A DNA stretch of 64,000 nucleotides from Saccostrea cucullata (taxonomy: Eukaryota), in assembly GCF_032062105.1 (NCBI RefSeq), contig NW_026925150.1, forward strand, positions 128,655 through 192,654. The letters run 5' to 3'. A program made the translations under genes and the position numbers. The notes beneath the pieces were generated by a model. It made no database searches. It was given only the letters and a program-made list of their open reading frames with translations, and was not told the DNA's origin. Below are positions 1 to 9,797 of this stretch, piece by piece (position 1 is the stretch's first letter; each line of letters opens with the position of its first letter).

Positions 1-247
1 TACCTTTAATAATTTGTTTCTATATAATGAATACGTTAAAAAGTCTAACATTCCTAATGTTTTACTGAGCGGTCATAAAAAATCCATGTTTGACTGGGGA
101 GTGAGATGTTCGAAACATTGACGTCGGAAGCAAATTGAAAGTTGGGGGGGGGGGGGGGCTAAGTGTTAAAAAAAATGTACCTTCAAAAAAACCTGATAAG
201 CAAAAAATAATAATAATAATGAATAATAAAATGAAATGCATACTATG

Positions 248-333
248 GAATTCCATATAGACAGCCAACTGCTTACTGCCAACTGCTGACTGCTTACTGC
301 CAACTGCCAGCTGCTTACTGCCAGCTGCCACAC
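248..333. repeat. Minisatellite of CTGCTTACTGCC / CAACTGCCAGCTG units
   Basis: cagccaactgcttactgccaactgctgactgcttactgccaactgccagctgcttactgccagctgcc. ORF 62..406 spans it and is not credible coding. Confidence 0.8.
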
Positions 334-575
334 AAACTTGAATAAATTTTATTTTTATATTGATATTAATGTGAATTTTCACAAAAGAGAAGAATGAAGA
401 CAACAAAACCTTTGAAGAGAGAAAAATAAAAAAAAGCTTTGTCGTTTGGCAGAGAAATGTTTTAAAAATAAATTAACATTTTTCTATTATATTCTATAGT
501 TAAAAATTTCCTCAGATGTGAAAGGTATAATATCTCTGTGTGTTATAATGTTTCACATACATAGATTTTTTTTTT

Positions 576-592
576 GGGGGGGGGGGGGGGGG
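576..592. repeat. T10 then G17 homopolymer junction (another G15 run at 144..158)
   Basis: Read directly from the sequence. Confidence 0.9.
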
Positions 593-1681
593 CATTTAAA
601 ATTTATACAGTCATGGGTTAATGTATGAACTAAACAAACTAAAACTTACCTTGGACCCTCCACTTAGAAAACGCCGATCAAACATTTTTATCTCTTTGTT
701 TTTACAAATAAGATATGTATTACATGCATAGATCTAGAGAGAGGGGTCCGGACCACCCCTCTGAAATTTGTAAAGTTATTTATTGCACAAACTAAACCAG
801 CTAAAAATTATGTAGATTATTTTAGATATTTAGAAATTTAGAATTTTGATTCAAATACTCAAATTTTAGATAACCAAAAAAACTTTTTACATTCTGAGTT
901 TTTAGAAGTTTACTTCAAATATCCAAAATATCAAATTCGAAACCCCTTTTGAATTTTGAAACTATGCCAAAAAAGTGTTTGGTCGAGCAAATGAGGTTTT
1001 AAGATATTTAGAGTATTGAATAGATACGGACATAGTTTCAAAATTCAAATCAGGTTTGAAAATTTGATATTTTGGATATCTGAGGTAAAAATCTAAAATC
1101 TCCGAGTGTTTCGGTTATTTGATATATGAATGTTTGAACTAAAATTCTTAATTTCAAAAAAATATAAGACGTTTTGAAATAGTTGAAATTTAGAAGTTTG
1201 AAGTAAATTTTGAAATATCAAAAGTCGTAAAACTGTTAAGAAATTTGAAAAATTTAGATTTTTGAACTAAAATACTAAATTTCAATATACCAAATTCAGT
1301 TTGAGTTTTTGATATTTAGAAATTTGAACTTATGTATTTACATTCTAAAACTCTAAATAATTTTTAAAAAATGAATTGTGAAGTGTAACACGGAGCATTA
1401 TTATATTTCATGAATTAAAAATTGTTGAAATTGTAGCAATTGCTTTGAATGCTACTTCCACCAGCACTATTTGTATATCAAAATTACTTTATCCACGGAA
1501 TCAGTCATCTTGACGTTGTACAACCCATTCCTTCATTAAAAGATTTTGAGAAAAAAAAATATTTCACTAAGCATAGTTCAAGCCTCCTTATTTTATTTGT
1601 CTCCAAAATGTTTACATAATATAGAATTACACATTCTCAATTTAATATATACAACTAAATCTATAAAATAATTCGTAATTA

Positions 1682-1687
1682 TTTATT
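1682..1687 (-). promoter_or_regulatory. Candidate polyadenylation signal (AATAAA on minus strand) about 65 nt past the amidohydrolase stop
   Basis: Plus-strand TTTATT at 1682..1687, downstream of the stop at 1753 in an AT-rich 3' region. Confidence 0.4.
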
Positions 1688-1752
1688 GATACAATATTTT
1701 AGATGCAGCTAAATTTGAAAGAAAGTTACAAAATTTAGAAATTAAAAAATAT

Positions 1753-3654
1753 CTAGTAATGGTCGCAGCCATTGTAATAGCACTCTCCTTCGTCAACCGT
1801 ACAGGTGACATCCGTGATGAAATCATTTCTTTTCCAGAAAACCTCCTCACCCTCCAGTACGGTTTGGAGGACTTGGGTTTGATAAATGGAGTCCTTATTA
1901 GAAGGATCCATGATGTCCGTGTCGATAACGACAAAATCAGCATGTTTTCCTACTTCCAGGGATCCAACATCATCTTCCTGCCGCATAGCGTAAGCGGCAT
2001 TGATTGTATACATCTCCACGGCTGATTTGATGTTGATAGACTGATGTCCTCTAGAAATAGCGTGCTGGAGGCCCACAAAGGGGTTCAGATCACTGACATC
2101 CCAGTCGCTGCTTAGTGTCACCTTAGCCCCAGTGTCAAACACGCTTTTTACGGGAATGGACTTGTACGCCCTGTCTTCTCCAACCAATTTTGAAAGTGTT
2201 TTTCGATAAGAGGGTAGAGTAAAGTTTCCAGCGACTTGGAAGTCAGCAATGACATTTAAACGTGCGAAGCGGTCGATATCCATCTCATCAACTTGTTCCA
2301 AGTGAGTCATTCGATGACGAGTGCCATGGATCCACGAATCATTGAACGCATTCAGTGCTTGATGAACACCACGGTCGCCAATTGCATGAATATGGAAATC
2401 AAAGCCTTTGCCTGCAGCAAAGTGCTGAAGTTCTCTGACGTACTTCGTTAAACGGGTTTGGTCAAAAATATTCATGCCTCTGTTGTCAGGAATACCAGGT
2501 AAATGCAAGTTCTCCAAATAGGGTTCCTCCATGGCGGCGGTTGTACTTTCTAGCAAGCCATCAATGTACACTTTAATTTGATTTTTCTTCAAGAAGCAAT
2601 CTGGGTTACCGTTAGTGTAAATGTCTTTCAGTTTTTGAATTTGGTATTCGTCTTCCTTCTGTGGATATGCCCAAAGTCCAAGATTAGCACGCACCGTCAA
2701 TTTGTCTTCTCTACATACCCTATCCCACGCTTTGTCGTGATTTCGAGTCCAAAACAACCTGGCATCACATACTGAGGTTATGCCATTAGTGTTTAATTTT
2801 TCAAGACCATATATAAGTCCTTGATAATTAAGTTCCTCTAACTCAGCCGTTGGCTTCAAGGCAAATTCCATGATGGATATACCCTCATCCTCTAGAAGAA
2901 TTCCATTAGGCTCATTGGTTACAGGTTCTCTCATGATAACGCCACCAGGTCTTCTCGTTGTGTTTTTTGTGATATTAGCCAGTTGGAGTGCCTTGGTATT
3001 CACCCAAACTGAATGCGATGTTTCCTCCAACATGACAACTGGGACATCTGGTAAAACTTCATCAATTATCTTCCTTGGTGGTTTTCCACCATTCCTGATG
3101 TGTTTCAAAATACTTGATATTGAATGACCGCCTCCAAGAATCCATTTTGTTCCTATCTGCCTTTTGGCACATGTTCTGAAAATGTTTTTAAATTCTTCAC
3201 TATCGGGGTCTGTGTTTGGCTTCAGCTGACATGTACCACCAACATCCGACGCTGACTCTAAGGGATGAATATGGACATCATGGAATCCTGGAAGTATTGT
3301 TGCACCGTGGAGATTCAACACCGTGCTCCGACATGTGAAATACTCCAAAGCCTCACTGGATGTTCCTATGAAACTAACTTTACCGTTTTTCACAACCATG
3401 GCTTCCTGTGGAGTTTCATTCCAGCGTTGACCGTGAACAGTATAAATTTTCCCATTGATGTATATTGTACTGGCTTCTTCCCTGTACCATCTTTGTTCTA
3501 AAACTCTTCGGTCACATTGTTGCTGATCACCGAGTATGCATTGAATTCTCTTCAATAACCGATCTTTGCGAGAAAGTTGTTGGTTGAGCGGAATACTTTT
3601 TCCAGCTGCAAATCCAAGCACTCCGAAAATCATCAGATACTTCACAATTTTCAT
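1753..3654 (-). CDS. Amidohydrolase-3 family (YtcJ-like) metal-dependent hydrolase, intronless, with N-terminal signal peptide or anchor
   Basis: 670-codon minus-strand ORF 1753..3765. Contains GKIYTVHG near the N-terminus, HDVHIHPLES (HxH metal site), FDFHIHAIGDRGV, THLEQV, SSDWDVSD and the C-terminal GSLEVGKHADFVVID motif, all typical of the Amidohydro_3 fold. The hydrophobic MKIVKYLMIFGVLGFAAG segment at the in-frame ATG 3654 argues this is the real start. The ORF is also open upstream to 3765. An AATAAA signal lies on the minus strand at 1682..1687. Confidence 0.85.
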   Translation of the reverse strand: MKIVKYLMIFGVLGFAAGKSIPLNQQLSRKDRLLKRIQCILGDQQQCDRRVLEQRWYREEASTIYINGKIYTVHGQRWNETPQEAMVVKNGKVSFIGTSSEALEYFTCRSTVLNLHGATILPGFHDVHIHPLESASDVGGTCQLKPNTDPDSEEFKNIFRTCAKRQIGTKWILGGGHSISSILKHIRNGGKPPRKIIDEVLPDVPVVMLEETSHSVWVNTKALQLANITKNTTRRPGGVIMREPVTNEPNGILLEDEGISIMEFALKPTAELEELNYQGLIYGLEKLNTNGITSVCDARLFWTRNHDKAWDRVCREDKLTVRANLGLWAYPQKEDEYQIQKLKDIYTNGNPDCFLKKNQIKVYIDGLLESTTAAMEEPYLENLHLPGIPDNRGMNIFDQTRLTKYVRELQHFAAGKGFDFHIHAIGDRGVHQALNAFNDSWIHGTRHRMTHLEQVDEMDIDRFARLNVIADFQVAGNFTLPSYRKTLSKLVGEDRAYKSIPVKSVFDTGAKVTLSSDWDVSDLNPFVGLQHAISRGHQSINIKSAVEMYTINAAYAMRQEDDVGSLEVGKHADFVVIDTDIMDPSNKDSIYQTQVLQTVLEGEEVFWKRNDFITDVTCTVDEGECYYNGCDHY

Positions 3655-5112
3655 GCTGCCGATCACACTTTTCCGAAAAACTGACAAAATCCAGTTTTTA
3701 AACCTTTTTAAGGTGGATCTATACCTAGGAAGGAATTTACAGAAACACAACCGAGACAGAATCAATATTATTTTTAAAAATAGATATAAAAATACAATTA
3801 AAATTATTTTTACAATAACACCCCGGAAACGTTTTATTTGCTGACGAAGTTTTCAACACAAAACTGCAATTGTGACACGGTCAACATTAGATCCTACGTA
3901 AAATACAGTAATGATTAATTGTTCATGTTTTTATTTGCTTTTTTGAAAACTCAATTACTACACACCACTAAGCTTCCGTAACAGGTGTTTTAGTCGTTAA
4001 CATGTAAACAATAGCCATTGAATAACATCTGAATCAACAGTTCTCTGATCCGAGTGCAAAAAGAAAAATATGCGAAAAAACAGCATACTTCGTGTAAGTT
4101 ATTTAAAGAAGACTGAGATAATGATAAACATGGATGTGCATAAAAAAAATAATCAAAATTGTTGCTTTCCCTACTCTATAATGTGTTATATACCACATAC
4201 ATGTAGATGTACATTGTATTAAATAACATCAACGTTTTTGCTTCGGTGCCCATGAACAATTCTTCGTAGTCTTTAGACAAGACAAAGTGAAATACAGGCA
4301 ATGGACTCTAATATACACGGTAAAAGTGTCAAAATTCTTAAACATTTTCTTTGAAATTAAACAAATTCCTTATTAATTGAAGGTTTTATATTTCCTTTTG
4401 AATTTATTATCATTTTTTTTTTGCGTTGATTTTTTAAAAACATGATTGTCACTTTCAACAACATGCGACCCGGCATACTTCGAGAAACCATGTTCAAAGC
4501 CACTGAAGTTCTGATGACTAGATATAACTGCATGTTGTTTCCTGTTGCTCCCTTAATAGGGACAAATACATGCAAATTATTATATATGTTCTCCTATTCA
4601 AATATTACTTAAGGTATTGAAAAAAAAAAATAAATTTAAAATAAAATCTATTTCGCTTTCAATCTCATGAAATTTTACTCGATCTGTCCAAAAGTAAAGA
4701 CAAATTAATATTCCTTTTCCCGAATGTGTTTAGACAGTTCTCAATATATTTCTTTTCTCTTTCCATCTCAAAACATGTAATGGGTAGTGCATTTTTTTTT
4801 TTAATTTTCAATTTTCCCTATCTTACCATCTCTGATAAATCGTAGTTATGTATAATGCATGCATTGACTATATTGAGATACAGATACGTTATGCCTGGTA
4901 GATTCCAATGAATTCAGGTCCGTGATTTTAATGTTTAGATATTCATTGAAGTGCTAGCGTTCAACGAATACTTTAAAAACAACCTTTAACCCAAAATTTC
5001 AATGACGCTCTTTTCCCCATTCATCCCTGTAAACTTCCGTGTTTATTAATTTTATACGATAAGAGTTATTTTCACTTCCCTGGCTTATGCAGTGGACATT
5101 AACCTAAACGAT

Positions 5113-7782
5113 ATGGCCAAGTTTAGTATATACCGTTTCTTCCAAATATCATGCACTTTATATGCATTGCTTGTTACATGTTCTCTGTATGGAGTTAGTT
5201 CCGACCGTGAAGACTCTGATAAATGGAAATCCTGTAATTTCAGTGAGGCAACATGTAAATGTTTGAAACTCGACGAAGGGTCCATTAAGGCAGACTGTTC
5301 TCATTTACACTTGAATCAAGTTCCAATATTTCCACATAACGTGGTCTGGATTAACCTTCAATTTAACTCGATTGAAAATATTTCCGTCAGTTATCCGAAA
5401 AACCTGTTGTATTTGGATCTTTCTCACAACAGCATTTTTTCCTTTAAAGGTGATCCTTTTGACACTATCCCAAGGCTAAAGTATTTGAATCTATCCAGTA
5501 ATAGACTAAGTCTAAATGAGAAGAATTTTTATCCAGGACTTTTTCAGCCTTTAGAATCCTTGTTAGTTTTGAACTTGAAAAACAATTCTGTAAAGATGCA
5601 ACGAAACTGGAGTTATATTGGAGAAATTCTCAGTGAATTGATTTCGTTAGAGGAACTACGATTGGATGCAGTGGGAAACTTTTTACTTACAGAAGGTTTT
5701 TACAGACTAAAGAATCTTAGTCTATTGGACATCTCCGGTTCAAGAGGACATTGTGAAACTGTAAAAATCACACACGACTTTTTTCTCAACACACCATATC
5801 TTCAATATCTAGATATATCATCTTGTAAAATCAAACATATTGAGAGAGGTGCATTCGAAATTTTAAGGAATTTAAAATCGTTGGACATTTCTTACAACAA
5901 AGAATTAGGTTTTGCTTCACTCCCAAATATAACATATAATCTAAAGAGGACGTCAATCAAAATACTTTATTTACATAATATTAATTGTTTGACGGGATTG
6001 GGAAAAAGACTGTTAATTCGCCATGTCATGAACCTGAGAAAAACCAAGTTAGAAGAGATAATCTTATCCAGAAATAGATTGGAACTGTTCGAAAGAGGCC
6101 TTGTGCGACATTTACCACCAACCCTTGAAAGGTTATCCTTGGCCGAGAACAAACTATTACAAGGTCCATACATAGCAGACTTTATTGGCTTTCATAATTT
6201 GACTATGTTTAATATGAGTCTACAGTTTCAACCACCAGAATACATGACTGCAGTCTTCGAACTTTGCAAAGAAAATCAAGATGACCTGGAGCCTTTTAAC
6301 TTCTCAATGCACAGTCATTCTACAAATTTCTCAACCTTTCTCCACAACTTTAGAAAATTCTACAGGATTGAAGTTTCTCACTGGAAACCAGTTATATTTG
6401 TACATATTCCTGAAAATCTCCAAACAATATATGTTAACGATAGTAGGCTGTATTCCAAGATATCTGCATTTGGTGTAATTGCACCGAAATTGAGGCATAT
6501 GTTCTTTCAAAATAATATATTGAATGAATGGATAGGACCAATGTACGGGATACAAAACGTTACTCGTATTGATCTCTCGAATAATTTCTGTACGAAACTG
6601 TCATCCGATTTCTTTGTTAATGCAACAGGACTTTTACATCTCAATATTTCTAGAAACTCTGTTGGAGATAATCTTGAGAGAGACATGAATGGACTTGTAT
6701 TTAGAAATTTGGTTTCGGTAGAAACATTGGACTTAAGCTCCAATAAGATTTATCATTTGCCGTATTTACTCTTGAAAAGATCTCGGAATATCAGGACATT
6801 GATTCTTAACAATAATCAACTTTCTGAGTTGAGGATCGGCGTGGGACATATGCATCACTTAGAACATCTTGATTTATCTGAAAATAGAATAGATTCTATC
6901 AGGGATGAAATCAGACAGGAACTGACTGATTTGATAAGGCTAAAAAACACGTCCATAGATCTATCTGGGAATAACGTTGACTGCTCGTGTGAAAATGTTC
7001 CATACATCCAGTGGATGGTTGAACATAAAAAAAATTTCAAAAGATTTGATGACTACGAATGTGCCATAAAAAGTCAGAAAAATTTCAATTTCAGCGATCC
7101 TGTTGTATCTCTTAAATCATTGGTAGTGGAATGCCGATCTTACACCACATTCTACATTGTTGCATCCATAGTCTTGACCATTTTAGTTTTCGTGGTCATC
7201 GCTGTGTTAGTGAAAAGAAATATTTGGACAATAAGATTTTCCATCTATCAATGTAAACAAAAAGTAAAAACAGGAGGTCGATATATGCAAATATTATATC
7301 AGAGAAACCGATTGAACTACACATATGACATATTTATTTCATATTCTGCCCGGGATCGAGAACTTGTTATGAAGAAACTTCTGTTGAAATTACAAGATTT
7401 AAACCTTGACGTCTGCATTCGTGAGAGAGACTTTTTAGCAGGTCGTCATAAAGCTGACAATATAATGGACGCGATAGAGAGCAGCAAAATGACACTTTGT
7501 GTTGTTTCGGAATCTTATCTAAAGTCAGGCTGGAGGGATTACGAACTAAACATGGCAAAACTCGAGGGTATAAAAAAGAGAGAAGGACTTCATTACGTAT
7601 ATTTAATAATTCTTCCAGGAGCCTACGATTTGAAGCGAAAATGTCCGAATTCCCTGAAGGATTTGATCAATGAAAACCTTTTTTGTCATTATCCTTCTGA
7701 GGAATCAATGGATGAACTGGATATATTTTGGAAGGACTTTTCCAGTGTTGTTGCTCATAAAATAAAAACTTTTAGCATTTAG
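5113..7782 (+). CDS. Toll-like receptor (LRR ectodomain, LRRCT, single TM, cytoplasmic TIR), single exon, paralogue A
   Basis: ORF 5092..7782 (the track start is GTG). ATG at 5113 gives signal peptide MAKFSIYRFFQISCTLYALLVTCSLYG. Many LxxLxLxxN LRRs with N-glycosylation sites, LRRCT cysteines (CSCENVPYIQWM...YECA), TM FYIVASIVLTILVFVVIAVLV, TIR box1 YDIFISYSARD and box3 FW. AATAAA at 7966. Confidence 0.9.
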   Translation: MAKFSIYRFFQISCTLYALLVTCSLYGVSSDREDSDKWKSCNFSEATCKCLKLDEGSIKADCSHLHLNQVPIFPHNVVWINLQFNSIENISVSYPKNLLYLDLSHNSIFSFKGDPFDTIPRLKYLNLSSNRLSLNEKNFYPGLFQPLESLLVLNLKNNSVKMQRNWSYIGEILSELISLEELRLDAVGNFLLTEGFYRLKNLSLLDISGSRGHCETVKITHDFFLNTPYLQYLDISSCKIKHIERGAFEILRNLKSLDISYNKELGFASLPNITYNLKRTSIKILYLHNINCLTGLGKRLLIRHVMNLRKTKLEEIILSRNRLELFERGLVRHLPPTLERLSLAENKLLQGPYIADFIGFHNLTMFNMSLQFQPPEYMTAVFELCKENQDDLEPFNFSMHSHSTNFSTFLHNFRKFYRIEVSHWKPVIFVHIPENLQTIYVNDSRLYSKISAFGVIAPKLRHMFFQNNILNEWIGPMYGIQNVTRIDLSNNFCTKLSSDFFVNATGLLHLNISRNSVGDNLERDMNGLVFRNLVSVETLDLSSNKIYHLPYLLLKRSRNIRTLILNNNQLSELRIGVGHMHHLEHLDLSENRIDSIRDEIRQELTDLIRLKNTSIDLSGNNVDCSCENVPYIQWMVEHKKNFKRFDDYECAIKSQKNFNFSDPVVSLKSLVVECRSYTTFYIVASIVLTILVFVVIAVLVKRNIWTIRFSIYQCKQKVKTGGRYMQILYQRNRLNYTYDIFISYSARDRELVMKKLLLKLQDLNLDVCIRERDFLAGRHKADNIMDAIESSKMTLCVVSESYLKSGWRDYELNMAKLEGIKKREGLHYVYLIILPGAYDLKRKCPNSLKDLINENLFCHYPSEESMDELDIFWKDFSSVVAHKIKTFSI

Positions 7783-7965
7783 ATTTGAGATTTATATCCA
7801 AGGAAAGACATGTGTTAACAATTCAAACTATAATATTAATGATATGTATCTGTGTCTTGGCACTAGAGCAGAAATATTCGCAAGTATGAAAAGGCGAAAT
7901 GATATAAACACGGGTCGAAAAATAAGTCTATATACAGTATAGTCATTTGATATAAAAAAAAATTA

Positions 7966-7971
7966 AATAAA
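7966..7971 (+). promoter_or_regulatory. Candidate polyA signal for TLR-A
   Basis: AATAAA about 185 nt downstream of the stop at 7782. Confidence 0.3.
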
Positions 7972-8180
7972 CAAATTGAATTTTTGTTATAAAGTCTTTC
8001 TTTTTTTTTAAAGGGAACATTTCGCTTAGGTTTTCATCAAAATTTAATATTGTAAGTTCTTGTGAACAGTCTATGCAGCCAAAAGCAATATAGACAGAAG
8101 ATATCTGACAATTTATTCAGACATAGTAAGCAACTCAGTAAGTAACAAACTTTATTACATACCTAATGTATATCACTCAA

Positions 8181-8480
8181 TTTTACTGTTGATTTTACGT
8201 TATCACGTGACTTCGTAATAAGACTTTCCGGATCACCACACTGTGGTTTTCTGAATCCATATCACCGCTCTCTGAGACTGAGGACGTTTTACACAGAAAC
8301 ATGACGTTATTTTTCTTGCGCGTTAAAAATTCCCTTGTTATTATGCTTTGTGTTTTGAATAAATGTTAAACAATTGATCTCTAAAGATTTCTCTTGCTAT
8401 ATTTTGCTAGTTATGAGGAGGTATATAATAAATTTATCATTTTAGCAGTAACTTGATCCGAAGGGTCGTATCACGTCTTG
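8181..8480 (+). repeat. Conserved ~300-bp 3'-flank module, copy 1 (downstream of TLR-A)
   Basis: Aligns by eye at roughly 75-80% identity with 14570..14885. Shared blocks include gattttacgt, gactttccggatcacca, tacacagaaacatg, aattgatctctaaag, tagttat-agga-gt-atataat-aa-tttatcatt and gatccgaag. Confidence 0.7.
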
Positions 8481-8894
8481 TTGACAGGCGCGGATCATCA
8501 GATCAAACTCGACGCTTCTAAAATTATCTTAGATAAAAAAAGTAGACTTATATAAGACAATTACCAGGTTAACAGGTTTTTAAAAATCTATTTATTGTGT
8601 AAAACAATCACTTATCAAGAGTGTATGTTTTTTTTATTAAGTACTTATCGTGTCACGCGTACGATTATAAAATTTACGTTTTTTTACCCACTACAATTCT
8701 TCAAACTTAAGTACCCTCTCTACACAAATGCAAAATGTGTTTTTTTTTTTTTTTGGATACCGCGAAAAATATATTGTATAAAGGAGTCAATATTGAGCTT
8801 ATCTACCTAATTTTCACTGTATGGTGCGTGACATTTATCAACACAGTATCAGTGAATAGAATTCACTGTTGTTTACTTCCATAGTGAAAAACCG

Positions 8895-9240
8895 GACGCG
8901 GTAGTTCAGTCGATAGAGAGCTCGCTCGTGATCGGGAGGTCGTGAGTTCGAATCTCAGCCGCGACTGACCTAAGTCGATAAAATAAATGGGTAGCAACTG
9001 TTCCTTCGTCATGCGCTCGGCACTTTGAAGTGAAAGTTGCGGGTTCTTCGGATAAGTCCTTAAAATCCGAGGCCCCATGTCAGCGACTGGCGTTGGCACG
9101 ATAGAGATCCCTTACTGCTTAATGGCCCTGAGTGTCGAGTAAAGGTCAAAATGTAGTGCTCTTCACCGGAATACGGTGACGTCTCCATATGACTGAAAAA
9201 TTCTCGAGAGCAACGTTCAAGAATATACAATCAATCAATC
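8895..9240 (+). mobile_element. tRNA-like head (8895..8965) followed by a unique body; possible tRNA-derived SINE
   Basis: Acceptor pairing GACGCGG/CCGCGAC in 6 of 7 positions, D-arm TAGTTCAGTCGATAGAG, T-arm GTGAGTTCGAATCTCAG. Anticodon stem is imperfect, so not a functional tRNA. There is no second copy of the body in this window. Confidence 0.35.
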
Positions 9241-9797
9241 CATAGGGAAAATACATGTAAACGACATGTTCAGTTAATTTATCATGACCTTTTAAATTGT
9301 TAAGAATACTTGAAATAATTACAAATTGAGTAATTTACTGTAAATTTCTATTTGTTAGAATTAAGATCTAAGGGCAGACTCTAATCGCAGAAAAATACCA
9401 TAGAATCAGAAGGCTTAAGTGTGCGGTGTAGAGAGGGTTCTTAATCTTTAATGTTAATCCTTTTATATATTAGTAAATCAAATAATTTTTTTTAAAATTC
9501 GCATAAAACACCTACTATAAATTTTCTAATGCAAGTTTGATCAACAAACACATTTTAGAAATAAAAATCCTAGGTATCGTGCATGGCTTTTGAAGAAATT
9601 ACATGTACATATATTTTATACATATAAAGTGCTTTATTTGCTTTTATTTACTTCGATCATTTTACAAATCTTAGTGTATTAAGATTTTCCTTTCACTGCA
9701 AAACACCATTAATCACTTCTTATTCCATATCATGTTAATTATCATTGGTTTCTATTGTTAGAATAAAATGAACCTCAATTTATTTGAATAACTTATT

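Noticed and set aside
3655-3765. N-terminal 37-residue extension of the amidohydrolase ORF (start at 3765)
   Set aside because: The hydrophobic signal/anchor segment begins at the internal Met (3654). The extension is basic and low-complexity and is more likely 5' UTR. Retained only as an alternative.
1759-3844. Plus-strand ORFs antisense to the amidohydrolase (1759..2025, 2578..2775, 2870..3127, 3265..3501, 3566..3844)
   Set aside because: Short, no motifs, and fully embedded antisense in a strongly supported CDS.
5092-5112. ORF-track starts of the TLR ORFs (GTG at 5092, TTG at 15302)
   Set aside because: The track evidently allows alternative start codons. The first in-frame ATGs (5113, 15308) open canonical signal peptides and are the plausible eukaryotic starts.
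5967-7558. Minus-strand ORFs inside TLR-A, plus 15742..16515 inside TLR-B
   Set aside because: Antisense shadows of long coding ORFs.
8895-8965. Calling bona fide tRNA genes at 8895 or 27641
   Set aside because: Acceptor, D and anticodon stems each contain mismatches, and no clean 7-nt anticodon loop is present. More consistent with SINE heads or pseudogenes.
8863-9099. 78-aa minus ORF overlapping the tRNA-like/SINE-like sequence
   Set aside because: Overlaps a structured tRNA-like element, and the peptide is low-complexity.
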